Shown piece after piece: positions 54,112 through 62,342 of a stretch of 64,000 nucleotides of DNA. Position numbers and translations under genes: made by a program. The notes under the pieces were generated by a model that was given only the letters and a program-made list of their open reading frames with translations, did not search any database and was not told the DNA's origin. This stretch comes from Acidimicrobiales bacterium (lineage in GTDB: Bacteria; Actinomycetota; Acidimicrobiia; Acidimicrobiales; DATDAH01): assembly GCA_041908445.1 (NCBI GenBank), contig JAYRFK010000060.1:14772-78771 (forward strand), read 5' to 3'. Position 1 is the first letter of the stretch. Each line of letters opens with the position of its first letter.

Positions 54112-56097
54112 ATGGGCCGTCGTAGGGTGCCGACGGTGAGGATCGGCGACCCGCCCCGTTGGCGCATCGAGGGCGACGGTGGGCGGGTCGCGCTGGGGCC
54201 GATGGCCCGCTGGCAGATCGTGCCGAGCGATCCGGCGCAGTGCGAGGACCCCGACGCACCCGCCCTCGGCTTCGAGGCGACGTTCGACGAGGGTCCCGGG
54301 TGGGCGCAGCTGTCGGCCCGGGTCCGCAACGACGAGGACCGCCCCGTCGCCCTCGAGCGACTCGTGCTGTTCGACGGGCCCCTCCGGGTCGGCGAGGACC
54401 CCCGCCGCTGGCGGATCTACCGCAACGGCTACCAGTCGTGGTCGGGGACGTGGACCATCGGCGTCGACGAGCGCGACCGCGACCTGCCCACCGCCGTCGC
54501 CCGCGGTGCGGTGACGGATGCCCGCCACCCCGCGCCCCGGGGCAAGGGCCACGTGCGGTCGGATGCGCTCACCGCCGTGGTCGACCCCGTGAGCGGCGAC
54601 GCCGTCGCCGTCGGCTTCACCACCCTCGCCGACGCCTTCGGGTTCGTCGAGGTCGTGGCGCCGGGCGGCGAGGACCCGCGGCTCTCCGCGTGGGTGGACC
54701 TCGACGGCACGGTGCTCCCCCCGGGCGAGTCGACGCCGTGGTTCACGGTGCTCGTGGCCGAGGAGCACGGTGGGTCGGCGCCGGGAACCCGGGCGCTGCG
54801 GCGGGTGGCCGAGGCCGCCGGTGCGGCCATGGGCGCCCGGACGGGCGACGGCCACCACCCCGCCGGTTGGTGCTCGTGGTACTTCTACTTCACGAAGGTC
54901 ACCGAGGCCGACGTGCGCGAGAACCTGGCCGTGCTGGCCGCCGACGGGCGCGACGGGCCGACCTTCGGCTGCGAGTACGTCATGGTCGACGACGGCCACC
55001 AGGCCGCGATCGGCGACTGGCTCACCACGAACGACACGTTCCCCAGCGGGATGGCGGGGCTCGCCCGGTCGATCACCGACGAGGGCTTCGACGCCGGCAT
55101 CTGGTGGGCGCCCTTCCTCGCCTCCTCGCGCTCGCAGGTCGCCGCCGAGCACCCCGACTGGCTCGTGCGGGACCGGCGGGGCCGGCCCATCCTCGGCCTG
55201 CTCAACCCGGGGTGGGGCCTCACGACGCCGATGCGGGTGCTCGACACGACCCACCCCGAGGTGCTCGACCACCTACGCCACGTGGCCGCCACCATCGGCC
55301 ACGAGTGGGGCTACGCCATCCAGAAGCTCGACTTCCTCTACGCCGCCGCGCTGCCCGGCGTGCGCCACGACCCCGATGCCACCCGGGCCCAGTCGCTGCG
55401 GCGGGGGCTCGAGGCCGTGCGGGCGGGTGCCGGCGACGACGCCTTCCTGCTCGGGTGCGGCTGCCCGCTGGGGCCGGCGGTGGGCGTGGTCGACGCCATG
55501 CGGATCGGCGCCGACGTGACCCCGTCGTGGACGAGCCTGGTCGGCCGCACCGTCGGCCGGAACCGCCACGGCTTGTCCACCTTCCACGCCCTGCTCAACA
55601 CCCTGACCCGCTCGGTGCTCGACAGCGCCTGGTTCCTGAACGACCCCGACTGCCTGATGGTCCGCGACGCCGACACCCGCCTCGACGAGGACGAGGTGCG
55701 CCTGCTGGCGACCGTCTTCGCCATGACCGATGGGATGCTCGTGCTCTCCGACCGGCTCGACCGGCTGCCGGCGGCCCGGCGGGCGCTCGTCGCGAACGCC
55801 CGGGCGCTCACGGGTGGCACGCCCGAGGTCGTCGACCTCTTCGAGCGGGCCCTGCCCGAGCTGCTCGTCAGCCGCCACGCCGACGGCCGGGTCGACGTCG
55901 GCCTGCTCAACCTCACCGACCGCCCCCGGCCCGGCGTGGTCGACCTCACCCGCCTCGGCCTGGCCGACCGGGTGGCGCCGGGGACCACCGCCCTCACGGA
56001 GCACTGGAGCGGCCGCCCCGTCGACGTGCGGGGCACCCTGGTGGACGTCGGCGTGCTCCCCCGCCACTCGGCCCGGGTCGTCCGCCTGGAGGCCTGA
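54112..56097 (+). CDS. Glycoside hydrolase family 36-like (alpha-galactosidase/melibiase fold), cytoplasmic
   Basis: GWCSWYFYF, YVMVDDGH, IQKLDFLY, FLNDPDCLMV. No signal peptide. RBS AAAGGA lies before ATG 54112. Confidence 0.7.
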   Translation: MGRRRVPTVRIGDPPRWRIEGDGGRVALGPMARWQIVPSDPAQCEDPDAPALGFEATFDEGPGWAQLSARVRNDEDRPVALERLVLFDGPLRVGEDPRRWRIYRNGYQSWSGTWTIGVDERDRDLPTAVARGAVTDARHPAPRGKGHVRSDALTAVVDPVSGDAVAVGFTTLADAFGFVEVVAPGGEDPRLSAWVDLDGTVLPPGESTPWFTVLVAEEHGGSAPGTRALRRVAEAAGAAMGARTGDGHHPAGWCSWYFYFTKVTEADVRENLAVLAADGRDGPTFGCEYVMVDDGHQAAIGDWLTTNDTFPSGMAGLARSITDEGFDAGIWWAPFLASSRSQVAAEHPDWLVRDRRGRPILGLLNPGWGLTTPMRVLDTTHPEVLDHLRHVAATIGHEWGYAIQKLDFLYAAALPGVRHDPDATRAQSLRRGLEAVRAGAGDDAFLLGCGCPLGPAVGVVDAMRIGADVTPSWTSLVGRTVGRNRHGLSTFHALLNTLTRSVLDSAWFLNDPDCLMVRDADTRLDEDEVRLLATVFAMTDGMLVLSDRLDRLPAARRALVANARALTGGTPEVVDLFERALPELLVSRHADGRVDVGLLNLTDRPRPGVVDLTRLGLADRVAPGTTALTEHWSGRPVDVRGTLVDVGVLPRHSARVVRLEA

Positions 56098-56163
56098 TCG
56101 ACGCGACCGACGCGACGCCGGCGCTCGCTCGCCCGCGCCACCCCCAACGCGGGATCTCCTGTT

Positions 56164-56190
56164 GAGAAACCCCCGTATCGGGGGTTTCTC
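56164..56190. terminator. Perfect 12-bp hairpin with flanking T/A runs between convergent genes
   Basis: GAGAAACCCCCG-TAT-CGGGGGTTTCTC, between the stops at 56097 (+) and 56209 (-). Confidence 0.7.
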
Positions 56191-56208
56191 ACCAAGAATT
56201 CCTTGTCG

Positions 56209-57075
56209 TCAGAGGCCGGGGGGGCGGTTGGTGTAGCGGCGGGCCGAGGGGGACCAGAACCAGCCGCCGCCGGCGCGGGTGCCGCCGTCGACGGGGATGT
56301 TGTGGCCGGTGACGAACGATGACTGGTCGGAGGCGAGGAAGAGCGCCACCCGGGCCTGGTCCTCGGGGACGCCGACCCGGCCCACCGGGGCCCACGCCTC
56401 CCACAGGGGGTCGTCGGCGTCGCCGGCGGCCTCGTAGTCGACCTGAGCGGTCTGGGTGAGGTCGGGGCCGATGCCGTTGACCCGGATGCCGTGGCGGCCG
56501 ACGGCGACGGCGAGGTCGGTGGTGAACGCCGCCACCGCCGCCTTCATGGCGCCGTAGACCGGATCGCCGGGGTAGCCCCGCATCCCCTCCACCGAGTGCA
56601 CGTTGACGATGGCGCCCGACCGGGCCGCGACCATCGCATCGAGGAAGGCCCGGGTCACGGCGAAGACGTGGAGCAGGTTCACCTCGTACTGCGCCTGCCA
56701 CGACTCGGGGCCCGACCGGGAGAACGGGGTGAACGGCCGGTAGTCGCCGACGTTGTTCACCAGCACGTCGACACGGCCGTGGTGGTCGAGCACGCCGGCG
56801 GCCAGCGCCGCCACCCCGTCGGCGTCGCGCACGTCGACCACGTGGGCCCGGGCGATGCCACCCGCGGCCTCGATCCCGGCGACGGTGGCCGCGGCCGCCT
56901 CCCCGTCGACGTCCGCGAGCTCCACGAGCGCCCCGTGGGCGGCGAACAGCCGCGAGATGGCGCCGCCGATGCCGCCGGCCCCGCCGGTGACGACCGCGAC
57001 CCGTCCGTCGAGCAACCGGTTGGCGTCGTCGATCGCCGGCGGTCCTGCGGTCGGCGGCCCTGCGGTCGGTGTCAT
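56209..57075 (-). CDS. Short-chain dehydrogenase/reductase (SDR)
   Basis: VVTGGAGGIGGA (TGxxxGxG), NNVG, YGAMKAAV (YxxxK). Start ATG 57075. Confidence 0.85.
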   Translation of the reverse strand: MTPTAGPPTAGPPAIDDANRLLDGRVAVVTGGAGGIGGAISRLFAAHGALVELADVDGEAAAATVAGIEAAGGIARAHVVDVRDADGVAALAAGVLDHHGRVDVLVNNVGDYRPFTPFSRSGPESWQAQYEVNLLHVFAVTRAFLDAMVAARSGAIVNVHSVEGMRGYPGDPVYGAMKAAVAAFTTDLAVAVGRHGIRVNGIGPDLTQTAQVDYEAAGDADDPLWEAWAPVGRVGVPEDQARVALFLASDQSSFVTGHNIPVDGGTRAGGGWFWSPSARRYTNRPPGL

Positions 57076-57119
57076 GGACCGCCACCTCCGACACGGACGG
57101 GATCTACGGCCGGGATCTG

Positions 57120-57194
57120 TGGCGCCCTCGGCAGGACTCGAACCTGCGCACACGCCTCCGGAGGGCGATGCTCTATCCGCTGAGCTACGAGGGC
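57120..57194 (-). tRNA. tRNA-Arg (anticodon CCG), CCA encoded
   Basis: Minus-strand read GCCCTCG-TA-GCTC-AGCGGATA-GAGC-A-TCGCC-CTCCGGA-GGCGT-GTGC-GCAGG-TTCGAGT-CCTGC-CGAGGGC-G-CCA. Cloverleaf folded by hand. The anticodon loop CTCCGGA is as I recall for E. coli tRNA-Arg(CCG). Confidence 0.9.
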
Positions 57195-57203
57195 AGGGTG
57201 ACG

Positions 57204-57267
57204 ACTCTACCGCGGGCGGGGCGTGGTCCCGAAGGTGGTGCCGCAGGTGGTGCCGAAGGTGGTACCG
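57204..57267 (-). promoter_or_regulatory. Candidate tRNA-Arg promoter: -10-like TAGAGT preceded by four tandem 12-nt repeats
   Basis: Minus strand reads CGGTACCACCTT CGGCACCACCTG CGGCACCACCTT CGGGACCACGCC (57267..57220). TAGAGT (57209..57204) then lies 9 nt before the tRNA 5' end. Confidence 0.4.
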
Positions 57268-57268
57268 A

Positions 57269-58723
57269 TCACTCGCAGTCGATGCCGTCGGCCGCGGGGT
57301 CGCCGGCGCTGTGGCCGATGGTGGTCGACGTGGTGGAGGTCGACGACGGGGTCGAGCCGTCGCCGGCCTGCGCCGCGGCGTCGGTGGGGGCCGGCGGGCG
57401 GGCGGCCTGCTGCACCGTGGTGAAGTCGGCACCCGTCACGAGGACCACCTGGTTCGGGTCGAGCGACTCGTCGGGGACCAGGGTGGCGCCGGCGGTGAGG
57501 TGGCGCGCCACCAGGTCGGCCGCCTTCTCCGAGCCCGGCGCGTAGTGCACCTCCGTGACGGCCACGGGCGCCCCCGCCGTGTCGGTGGTGCCGGCCGTGA
57601 ACCCGCTGGCCACGAGGGCGTCGGACACGGCCTGCGCCTGCCCGTCGACCCCGCTGCCGTTGGCCACGTCGACCGTGACCATGGCCTCGGTCATGGCGTC
57701 GGGGTCGAGGCCGCGGAAGAGGTTGAGCACCGGCTGGGAGGCGGCCTCGTCGAGGGTGAGGACGGCGGCACCGCCGGGCGTGCGGTAGTCCTCGACCTCG
57801 AGGTTGTGGCGGGAGATGTCCTCGCTGTTGGTGTCGGAGAAGGCCTTGGCCAGCGACACCATGTCGTCGAAGGTGAAGCCCGGGTCGACGCCGACGTTGT
57901 CCACGCCCACGTTGATGAGGCGGTTGAGGTGGGCCGGGTTGGCCAGCTCGAGCGAGACGGCCTCGTCGACCGCGTTCACCACGAGGAGCTGCTGGCGGTT
58001 CATGCGCCCGAGATCGCCGGTGGGGTCGGACTCCCAGTCGCCCGACTCGGGGTCGTAGAACTGGAGGTGGCGGGCCCGGGCGTAGGCGAGCGCCTGGTCG
58101 GGGTTGAGGGTGACGCAGCCCTCGCCCTTGATGTCGAGGCCCGAGTTGCCGTCGCGCCAGGCGGTGTCGAAGTAGGTGGGCACCCCGCCGATGGCGGCCA
58201 CGAGCTCGCGGAAGCCGGTGAAGTCGACCTCGACGTAGTGGTTGATGTCGAGCCCGAGGGTGGCTTCGACCGTCTCGATGAGCTGCTGGCGACCGCCGGC
58301 GAAGGCCTCGTTGATGCGGTGGTGCTCGTCGGGGTCACCACCCGGGATCGTCACCCAGAGGTCGCGGGGGACCGACAGCAGGTCGACGTGGCGGCTCGAC
58401 GGGTCGACCCGGGCGACCATCATCGAGTCCGACCGTTCGCCACCCGACTCGCCGTTGAGGAACAGGTCGTTGCCGGGGGCGTCGGGGTCGATGTTCTCCC
58501 GGGAGTCGGAGCCCACGATGAGGAAGTTCTCCGGGGCACCGCGGGCGGCCTGCACGAGCTCGATCTCGTAGTGCTCGACCTGGTCGAACTTCCACGCGCC
58601 GTAGGCGAGCCCGCTGGCGGTGAGCGCGCACAGGAAGGCCACCACGACGCCCGTACCGATCACGATGCGCTGGGGCCAGGTGCGGCGCGACTTGGCGGCG
58701 CGGGCCGAGCGTCGGGCGGACAT
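57269..58723 (-). CDS. LytR-CpsA-Psr (LCP) family glycopolymer-peptidoglycan ligase with LytR_C-like domain and Ser/Thr-rich tail
   Basis: N-terminal TM. NFLIVGSDSR, RSDSMMVARV, LLSVPRDLWV, INEAF, ALAYARAR. C-terminal STPSSTSTTSTT. Confidence 0.85.
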   Translation of the reverse strand: MSARRSARAAKSRRTWPQRIVIGTGVVVAFLCALTASGLAYGAWKFDQVEHYEIELVQAARGAPENFLIVGSDSRENIDPDAPGNDLFLNGESGGERSDSMMVARVDPSSRHVDLLSVPRDLWVTIPGGDPDEHHRINEAFAGGRQQLIETVEATLGLDINHYVEVDFTGFRELVAAIGGVPTYFDTAWRDGNSGLDIKGEGCVTLNPDQALAYARARHLQFYDPESGDWESDPTGDLGRMNRQQLLVVNAVDEAVSLELANPAHLNRLINVGVDNVGVDPGFTFDDMVSLAKAFSDTNSEDISRHNLEVEDYRTPGGAAVLTLDEAASQPVLNLFRGLDPDAMTEAMVTVDVANGSGVDGQAQAVSDALVASGFTAGTTDTAGAPVAVTEVHYAPGSEKAADLVARHLTAGATLVPDESLDPNQVVLVTGADFTTVQQAARPPAPTDAAAQAGDGSTPSSTSTTSTTIGHSAGDPAADGIDCE

Positions 58724-58815
58724 GACCGGAACAGGGTAACAATCCGTAACGGAACCGCAATGTCACTCCTGGGGGACGACCCCCGTCGCCGGGTAGAGGA
58801 GCCTCGGAGGGCTGC

Positions 58816-59310
58816 TCAGTCGGCGTTGGCGGCGGCGACCGCGGCGTCGACCGCGTCGACGAGGCGCTCGAGCAGGCCGGCGAGCTGGTGCAATTCGTCG
58901 GGCTCGAACCCGGCCAGCACGTCCCCGAAGAGGTGACGGCGACGTTCGTTCATGGCCGCGTGGGCGACCTCGCCGCGGCGGCTCATCCGCACCCGGACGC
59001 TGCGGGCGTCGTCGGGGTCGGGCTCGCGCTCGACGAAGCCCTGGTCGGCGAGCCGGGTGACCATGCGGGTGGCGGTCGAGGCGTCGACCCGCAGCGCGGC
59101 GGCGAGGTCGCGCATGCGTGAGGGGCCGTGCTGCACGAGCGCGTCGAGGGCGTCGACCTGGCCCATCTCGAGCTCGTCGCCGTAGAGGAGCTCCCGGAAG
59201 CGGGCCATCGACGCGCCTCGCCGCAGCTCGCGCCACGCCTCACCGACGCGCAGGCGATCGCGGACCAGCGCCTCGTCGCGGGTCGGGGTACGAGTTGGCG
59301 AGGTGCCCAT
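58816..59310 (-). CDS. MarR-family transcriptional regulator
   Basis: Winged-helix region MRDLAAALRVDASTATRMVTRLADQGFVEREPDPDDARSVRVRMS. ATG 59310 preferred over TTG 59331. Confidence 0.8.
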   Translation of the reverse strand: MGTSPTRTPTRDEALVRDRLRVGEAWRELRRGASMARFRELLYGDELEMGQVDALDALVQHGPSRMRDLAAALRVDASTATRMVTRLADQGFVEREPDPDDARSVRVRMSRRGEVAHAAMNERRRHLFGDVLAGFEPDELHQLAGLLERLVDAVDAAVAAANAD

Positions 59311-59368
59311 GCACTTGTAGGATACAACCAATCTCCTTGCACACTACAAGTTTCTTCCGCGAGCGCCG
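59311..59368. promoter_or_regulatory. Divergent MarR/MFS promoter-operator region with nested inverted repeats
   Basis: ACTTGTAG (59313-59320) pairs with CTACAAGT (59344-59351). Inner palindrome TTGTA-GGA-TACAA (59315-59327). This spacer is markedly less GC-rich than its surroundings. Confidence 0.5.
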
Positions 59369-60958
59369 ATGACCACGCCTGCCACCCCCGCCAGCCCGAC
59401 CCAGCTCACGCACCGCCAGATCCTCCTGGTGTTCAGCGGCCTGATGAGCGGCGTGCTGCTGGCGGCACTCGACCAGACCATCGTGTCGACTGCGCTGCCG
59501 ACCATCGTCGGCGAGCTCGGCGGCATCGACCACCTCTCGTGGGTCGTGACCGCCTACCTGCTGACCTCGACCGCGAGCACGCCGCTCTACGGCAAGCTCA
59601 GCGACCTCTACGGCCGCAAGCAGATGTTCCAGGCCGCCATCGTGATCTTCCTGATCGGGTCGGTGCTGAGCGGGATCTCGCAGGACATGTTCCAGCTCGT
59701 CCTGTTCCGGGGCGTGCAGGGCATCGGCGCCGGCGGCCTCATGGCCATGGCCTTCGCCATCATCGGCGACATCATCTCGCCCCGCGAGCGGGGCCGGTAC
59801 ACCGGCTACCTCGGCTCGGTCTTCGCCGTCGCCAGCGTCGCCGGCCCGCTGCTCGGCGGCCTGTTCGTCGACCACCTGAGCTGGCGCTGGGTCTTCTACA
59901 TCAACGTCCCCGTGGGCGCCGTGGCCCTGGTCATCACGGCCAAGGTGCTCGACCTGCCCTTCGCGGTGCGCCGCCACCGCATCGACTACGAGGGCGCGGC
60001 GCTGCTCGTGGCCGGCGTCACCTCCCTGCTGCTGGCCCTGGTGTGGGGCGGCAACGAGTACCCCTGGGGCTCGCCGGTGATCCTCGGCTCGGCCGCCGCC
60101 GGCGTGGTGCTGCTGGCCGGCTTCGTCCTCTGGGAGGGCCGTGCCGCCGAGCCGATCCTGCCGCTCCGCCTGTTCCGCAAGCCCGTGTTCCGGATGAGCG
60201 TGGTGCTGAGCTTCCTGGTGGGCATGGGCATGTTCGGCGGGATCATCTTCCTGCCGCTGTTCCTGCAGGTCGTCAACGGCGCCTCCGCCACGGACTCCGG
60301 CCTGCTGACCCTCCCGATGATGATCGGCATCATGACCACCTCGATCGGCTCGGGCCGGCTCATCACCCGTACGGGCCGCTACAAGGTGTTCCCCGTCGTC
60401 GGCTTCGCCGTCGCGTCCCTCGGCATGTGGATGCTCAGCCGCATGGACTCGGCCACGACGACCGTCTACAGCTCGCTCTCGATGTTCGTGTTCGGCCTGG
60501 GTATCGGCCTCATCTCCCAGGTGCTGATCCTGGCCATGCAGAACGAGTCCGACCCCGCCGACCTCGGCACCACCACCTCGTCGGCGACGTTCTTCCGCCA
60601 GATCGGCGGGTCGTTCGGCGTGGCCATCTTCGGCGCCGTGCTCACCGCCGGCATCACCCGCGAGCTGCCCCGGCTCCTGCCGGAGGGCACGCCCACGACC
60701 GGTGGTGGCGGCACGAGCTCGCTGCTGGCCAGCCCGGAGGCCATCCGGGCCCTGCCCACCGACATCCGCGAGGCCGTCGTCCAGGCGCTCACGCTGGCGA
60801 TCCACGACGTGTTCCTGCTCGGCATGGCCGTGCTGCTCGTCGGGTTCGCGCTGGTGTGGTGGCTGAAGGAGCTCCCGCTCGGCGAGACCGCGGCCGTCGG
60901 CAACGAGGGTCCCGAGGGCGCCGCCGACGGCCCCGTCCTCGCCATCGAGCCGATCTGA
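59369..60958 (+). CDS. MFS transporter, DHA2 (EmrB/QacA, 14-TMS) type
   Basis: LDQTIVSTALPTI, GKLSDLYGRK (motif A-like), about 14 hydrophobic segments. Confidence 0.85.
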   Translation: MTTPATPASPTQLTHRQILLVFSGLMSGVLLAALDQTIVSTALPTIVGELGGIDHLSWVVTAYLLTSTASTPLYGKLSDLYGRKQMFQAAIVIFLIGSVLSGISQDMFQLVLFRGVQGIGAGGLMAMAFAIIGDIISPRERGRYTGYLGSVFAVASVAGPLLGGLFVDHLSWRWVFYINVPVGAVALVITAKVLDLPFAVRRHRIDYEGAALLVAGVTSLLLALVWGGNEYPWGSPVILGSAAAGVVLLAGFVLWEGRAAEPILPLRLFRKPVFRMSVVLSFLVGMGMFGGIIFLPLFLQVVNGASATDSGLLTLPMMIGIMTTSIGSGRLITRTGRYKVFPVVGFAVASLGMWMLSRMDSATTTVYSSLSMFVFGLGIGLISQVLILAMQNESDPADLGTTTSSATFFRQIGGSFGVAIFGAVLTAGITRELPRLLPEGTPTTGGGGTSSLLASPEAIRALPTDIREAVVQALTLAIHDVFLLGMAVLLVGFALVWWLKELPLGETAAVGNEGPEGAADGPVLAIEPI

Positions 60959-61049
60959 CGCCGCCGCGTCGGGAGGCTGCGCGGCGGAGCGGAGCGGCGC
61001 CGCCGACGAACCGGATGCCGAAGGCGCTCCGAGGGACGAGGAGCCGGTG

Positions 61050-62288
61050 TCAGGCCGGCTTGGGCTCCTTGGGGAGGCCGAGGACGCGCTCGCCGACGAT
61101 GTTGCGCTGGATCTGGGCCGTGCCGCCCCAGATGGTCTCCGAGCGGCTGAAGAAGAACGACGACTGCAGCACGCTGGCCGGGTAGTGGGCGTTCGTCGGG
61201 CGCACGCCGTAGCCCGGCACCGACTCCTCCTCGTCCACGGTGCCGGTCAGGATCTGGCCGTCCATCCCGAGGATGTCGATGGCCAGCTCCATGACGTCGC
61301 GGTGGTACTCGGACCAGAACATCTTGTTGGTCGCGCCCAGCGCGGCGACGCCGAGGTCCTTCTTGGCCTGGACCACCGCGGTCAGGCTGCGGAGGCCGTT
61401 GATGCGCATGATCTGGACCTTCGACCAGGCGTGGGCGAGGCGCTGGCGCACGAGCGGGTCGTGGATGCGGCCGTTCTCCCGGGCCTTGTCCGTGATGATC
61501 TCGAGCTCCTTCTCGAAGCGGCGGTGGCCGGTGGTCGCCGACGTGCCCCGCTCGAAGCCGAGGGTGGTCATGGCCACCTTCCAGCCGTTGTTGACGCCGC
61601 CGACGACGTTCTCCTTCGGGCACCGGGCGTTGTCGAAGAAGACCTCGTAGAACTCGGCCGAGCCGTCGATCTGGTGGATCGGGCGGGCCTCGACGCCGGG
61701 CTGCTTCATGGGGACGAGCAGGTACGAGATGCCGGCGTGCTTGGGGGCGTCCGGGTCGGTGCGGGCGAGCAGGAAGATGTAGTCGGCGAAGCCGGCCTGG
61801 GTGGTCCAGACCTTCTGGCCGTTGATGACCCACTCGTCGCCGTCGAGCTCGGCCCGGGTCTTCAGGCCGGCGAGGTCGGAGCCGGCCTCGGGCTCGGAGA
61901 AGCCCTGGCACCAGGCGATCTGGCCCGAGAGGATCTTGGGCAGGTACTCCTTCTTCTGCTCCTCGCTCCCCCACTGCAGGATCGTGGGGCCGACGAGGGT
62001 GTCGCCGAAGAAGTCGGCCCGCAGTGGGGCGCCCGCGCGCGCGAACTCCTCGTTCAGGACCACGGCCTCCATGGTGGAGAGGCCCTTGCCGCCGTACTCC
62101 TGGGGCCAGGACGCGCAGATCCAGCCGCCGCCGTAGAGCTTCTCGGTCCACTCCTCGTTGAACCGGGTCCGGTCCGGACCGCTGAGCTCGAAGCCCTCGT
62201 CGAACCAGCCGTCGGGCAGGTTCTCCTCGAGCCAGGCGCGGATCTCGATGCGGAAGGCCTCGGCCTCCGGCGGGTACGTCAGGTCCAT
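61050..62288 (-). CDS. Acyl-CoA dehydrogenase
   Basis: WCQGFSEPEAGSDLAGL, INGQKVWTT, C-terminal IWGGTAQIQRNIVGERVLGLP. Confidence 0.85.
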   Translation of the reverse strand: MDLTYPPEAEAFRIEIRAWLEENLPDGWFDEGFELSGPDRTRFNEEWTEKLYGGGWICASWPQEYGGKGLSTMEAVVLNEEFARAGAPLRADFFGDTLVGPTILQWGSEEQKKEYLPKILSGQIAWCQGFSEPEAGSDLAGLKTRAELDGDEWVINGQKVWTTQAGFADYIFLLARTDPDAPKHAGISYLLVPMKQPGVEARPIHQIDGSAEFYEVFFDNARCPKENVVGGVNNGWKVAMTTLGFERGTSATTGHRRFEKELEIITDKARENGRIHDPLVRQRLAHAWSKVQIMRINGLRSLTAVVQAKKDLGVAALGATNKMFWSEYHRDVMELAIDILGMDGQILTGTVDEEESVPGYGVRPTNAHYPASVLQSSFFFSRSETIWGGTAQIQRNIVGERVLGLPKEPKPA

Positions 62289-62296
62289 GCCCCCAT

Positions 62297-62326
62297 CTTG
62301 ACCCTTTTCTTGACCGAACGGTCAAG
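62297..62326. promoter_or_regulatory. CTTGACC direct repeat plus perfect palindrome CTTGACC-GAAC-GGTCAAG upstream of acyl-CoA dehydrogenase
   Basis: 62297-62303 is CTTGACC. 62309-62326 is CTTGACCGAACGGTCAAG. Located 9-38 nt upstream of the ACAD ATG (62288) and 17 nt downstream of the FrhB-like stop. Confidence 0.45.
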
Positions 62327-62342
62327 TGGAGGGCACCGAACG

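Noticed and set aside
57076-57300. tRNA-Arg considered as an integration site of a genomic island
   Set aside because: There is no integrase or recombinase nearby and I found no duplicated tRNA 3' segment. The flanking genes (SDR, LCP) look like ordinary chromosomal genes.
53341-58936. ORFs 53341..55272 minus, 54159..56165 plus, 55273..56195 minus, 56189..57094 minus, 56753..58936 plus
   Set aside because: These are shadow frames of the argS, GH36-like, SDR and LCP genes.
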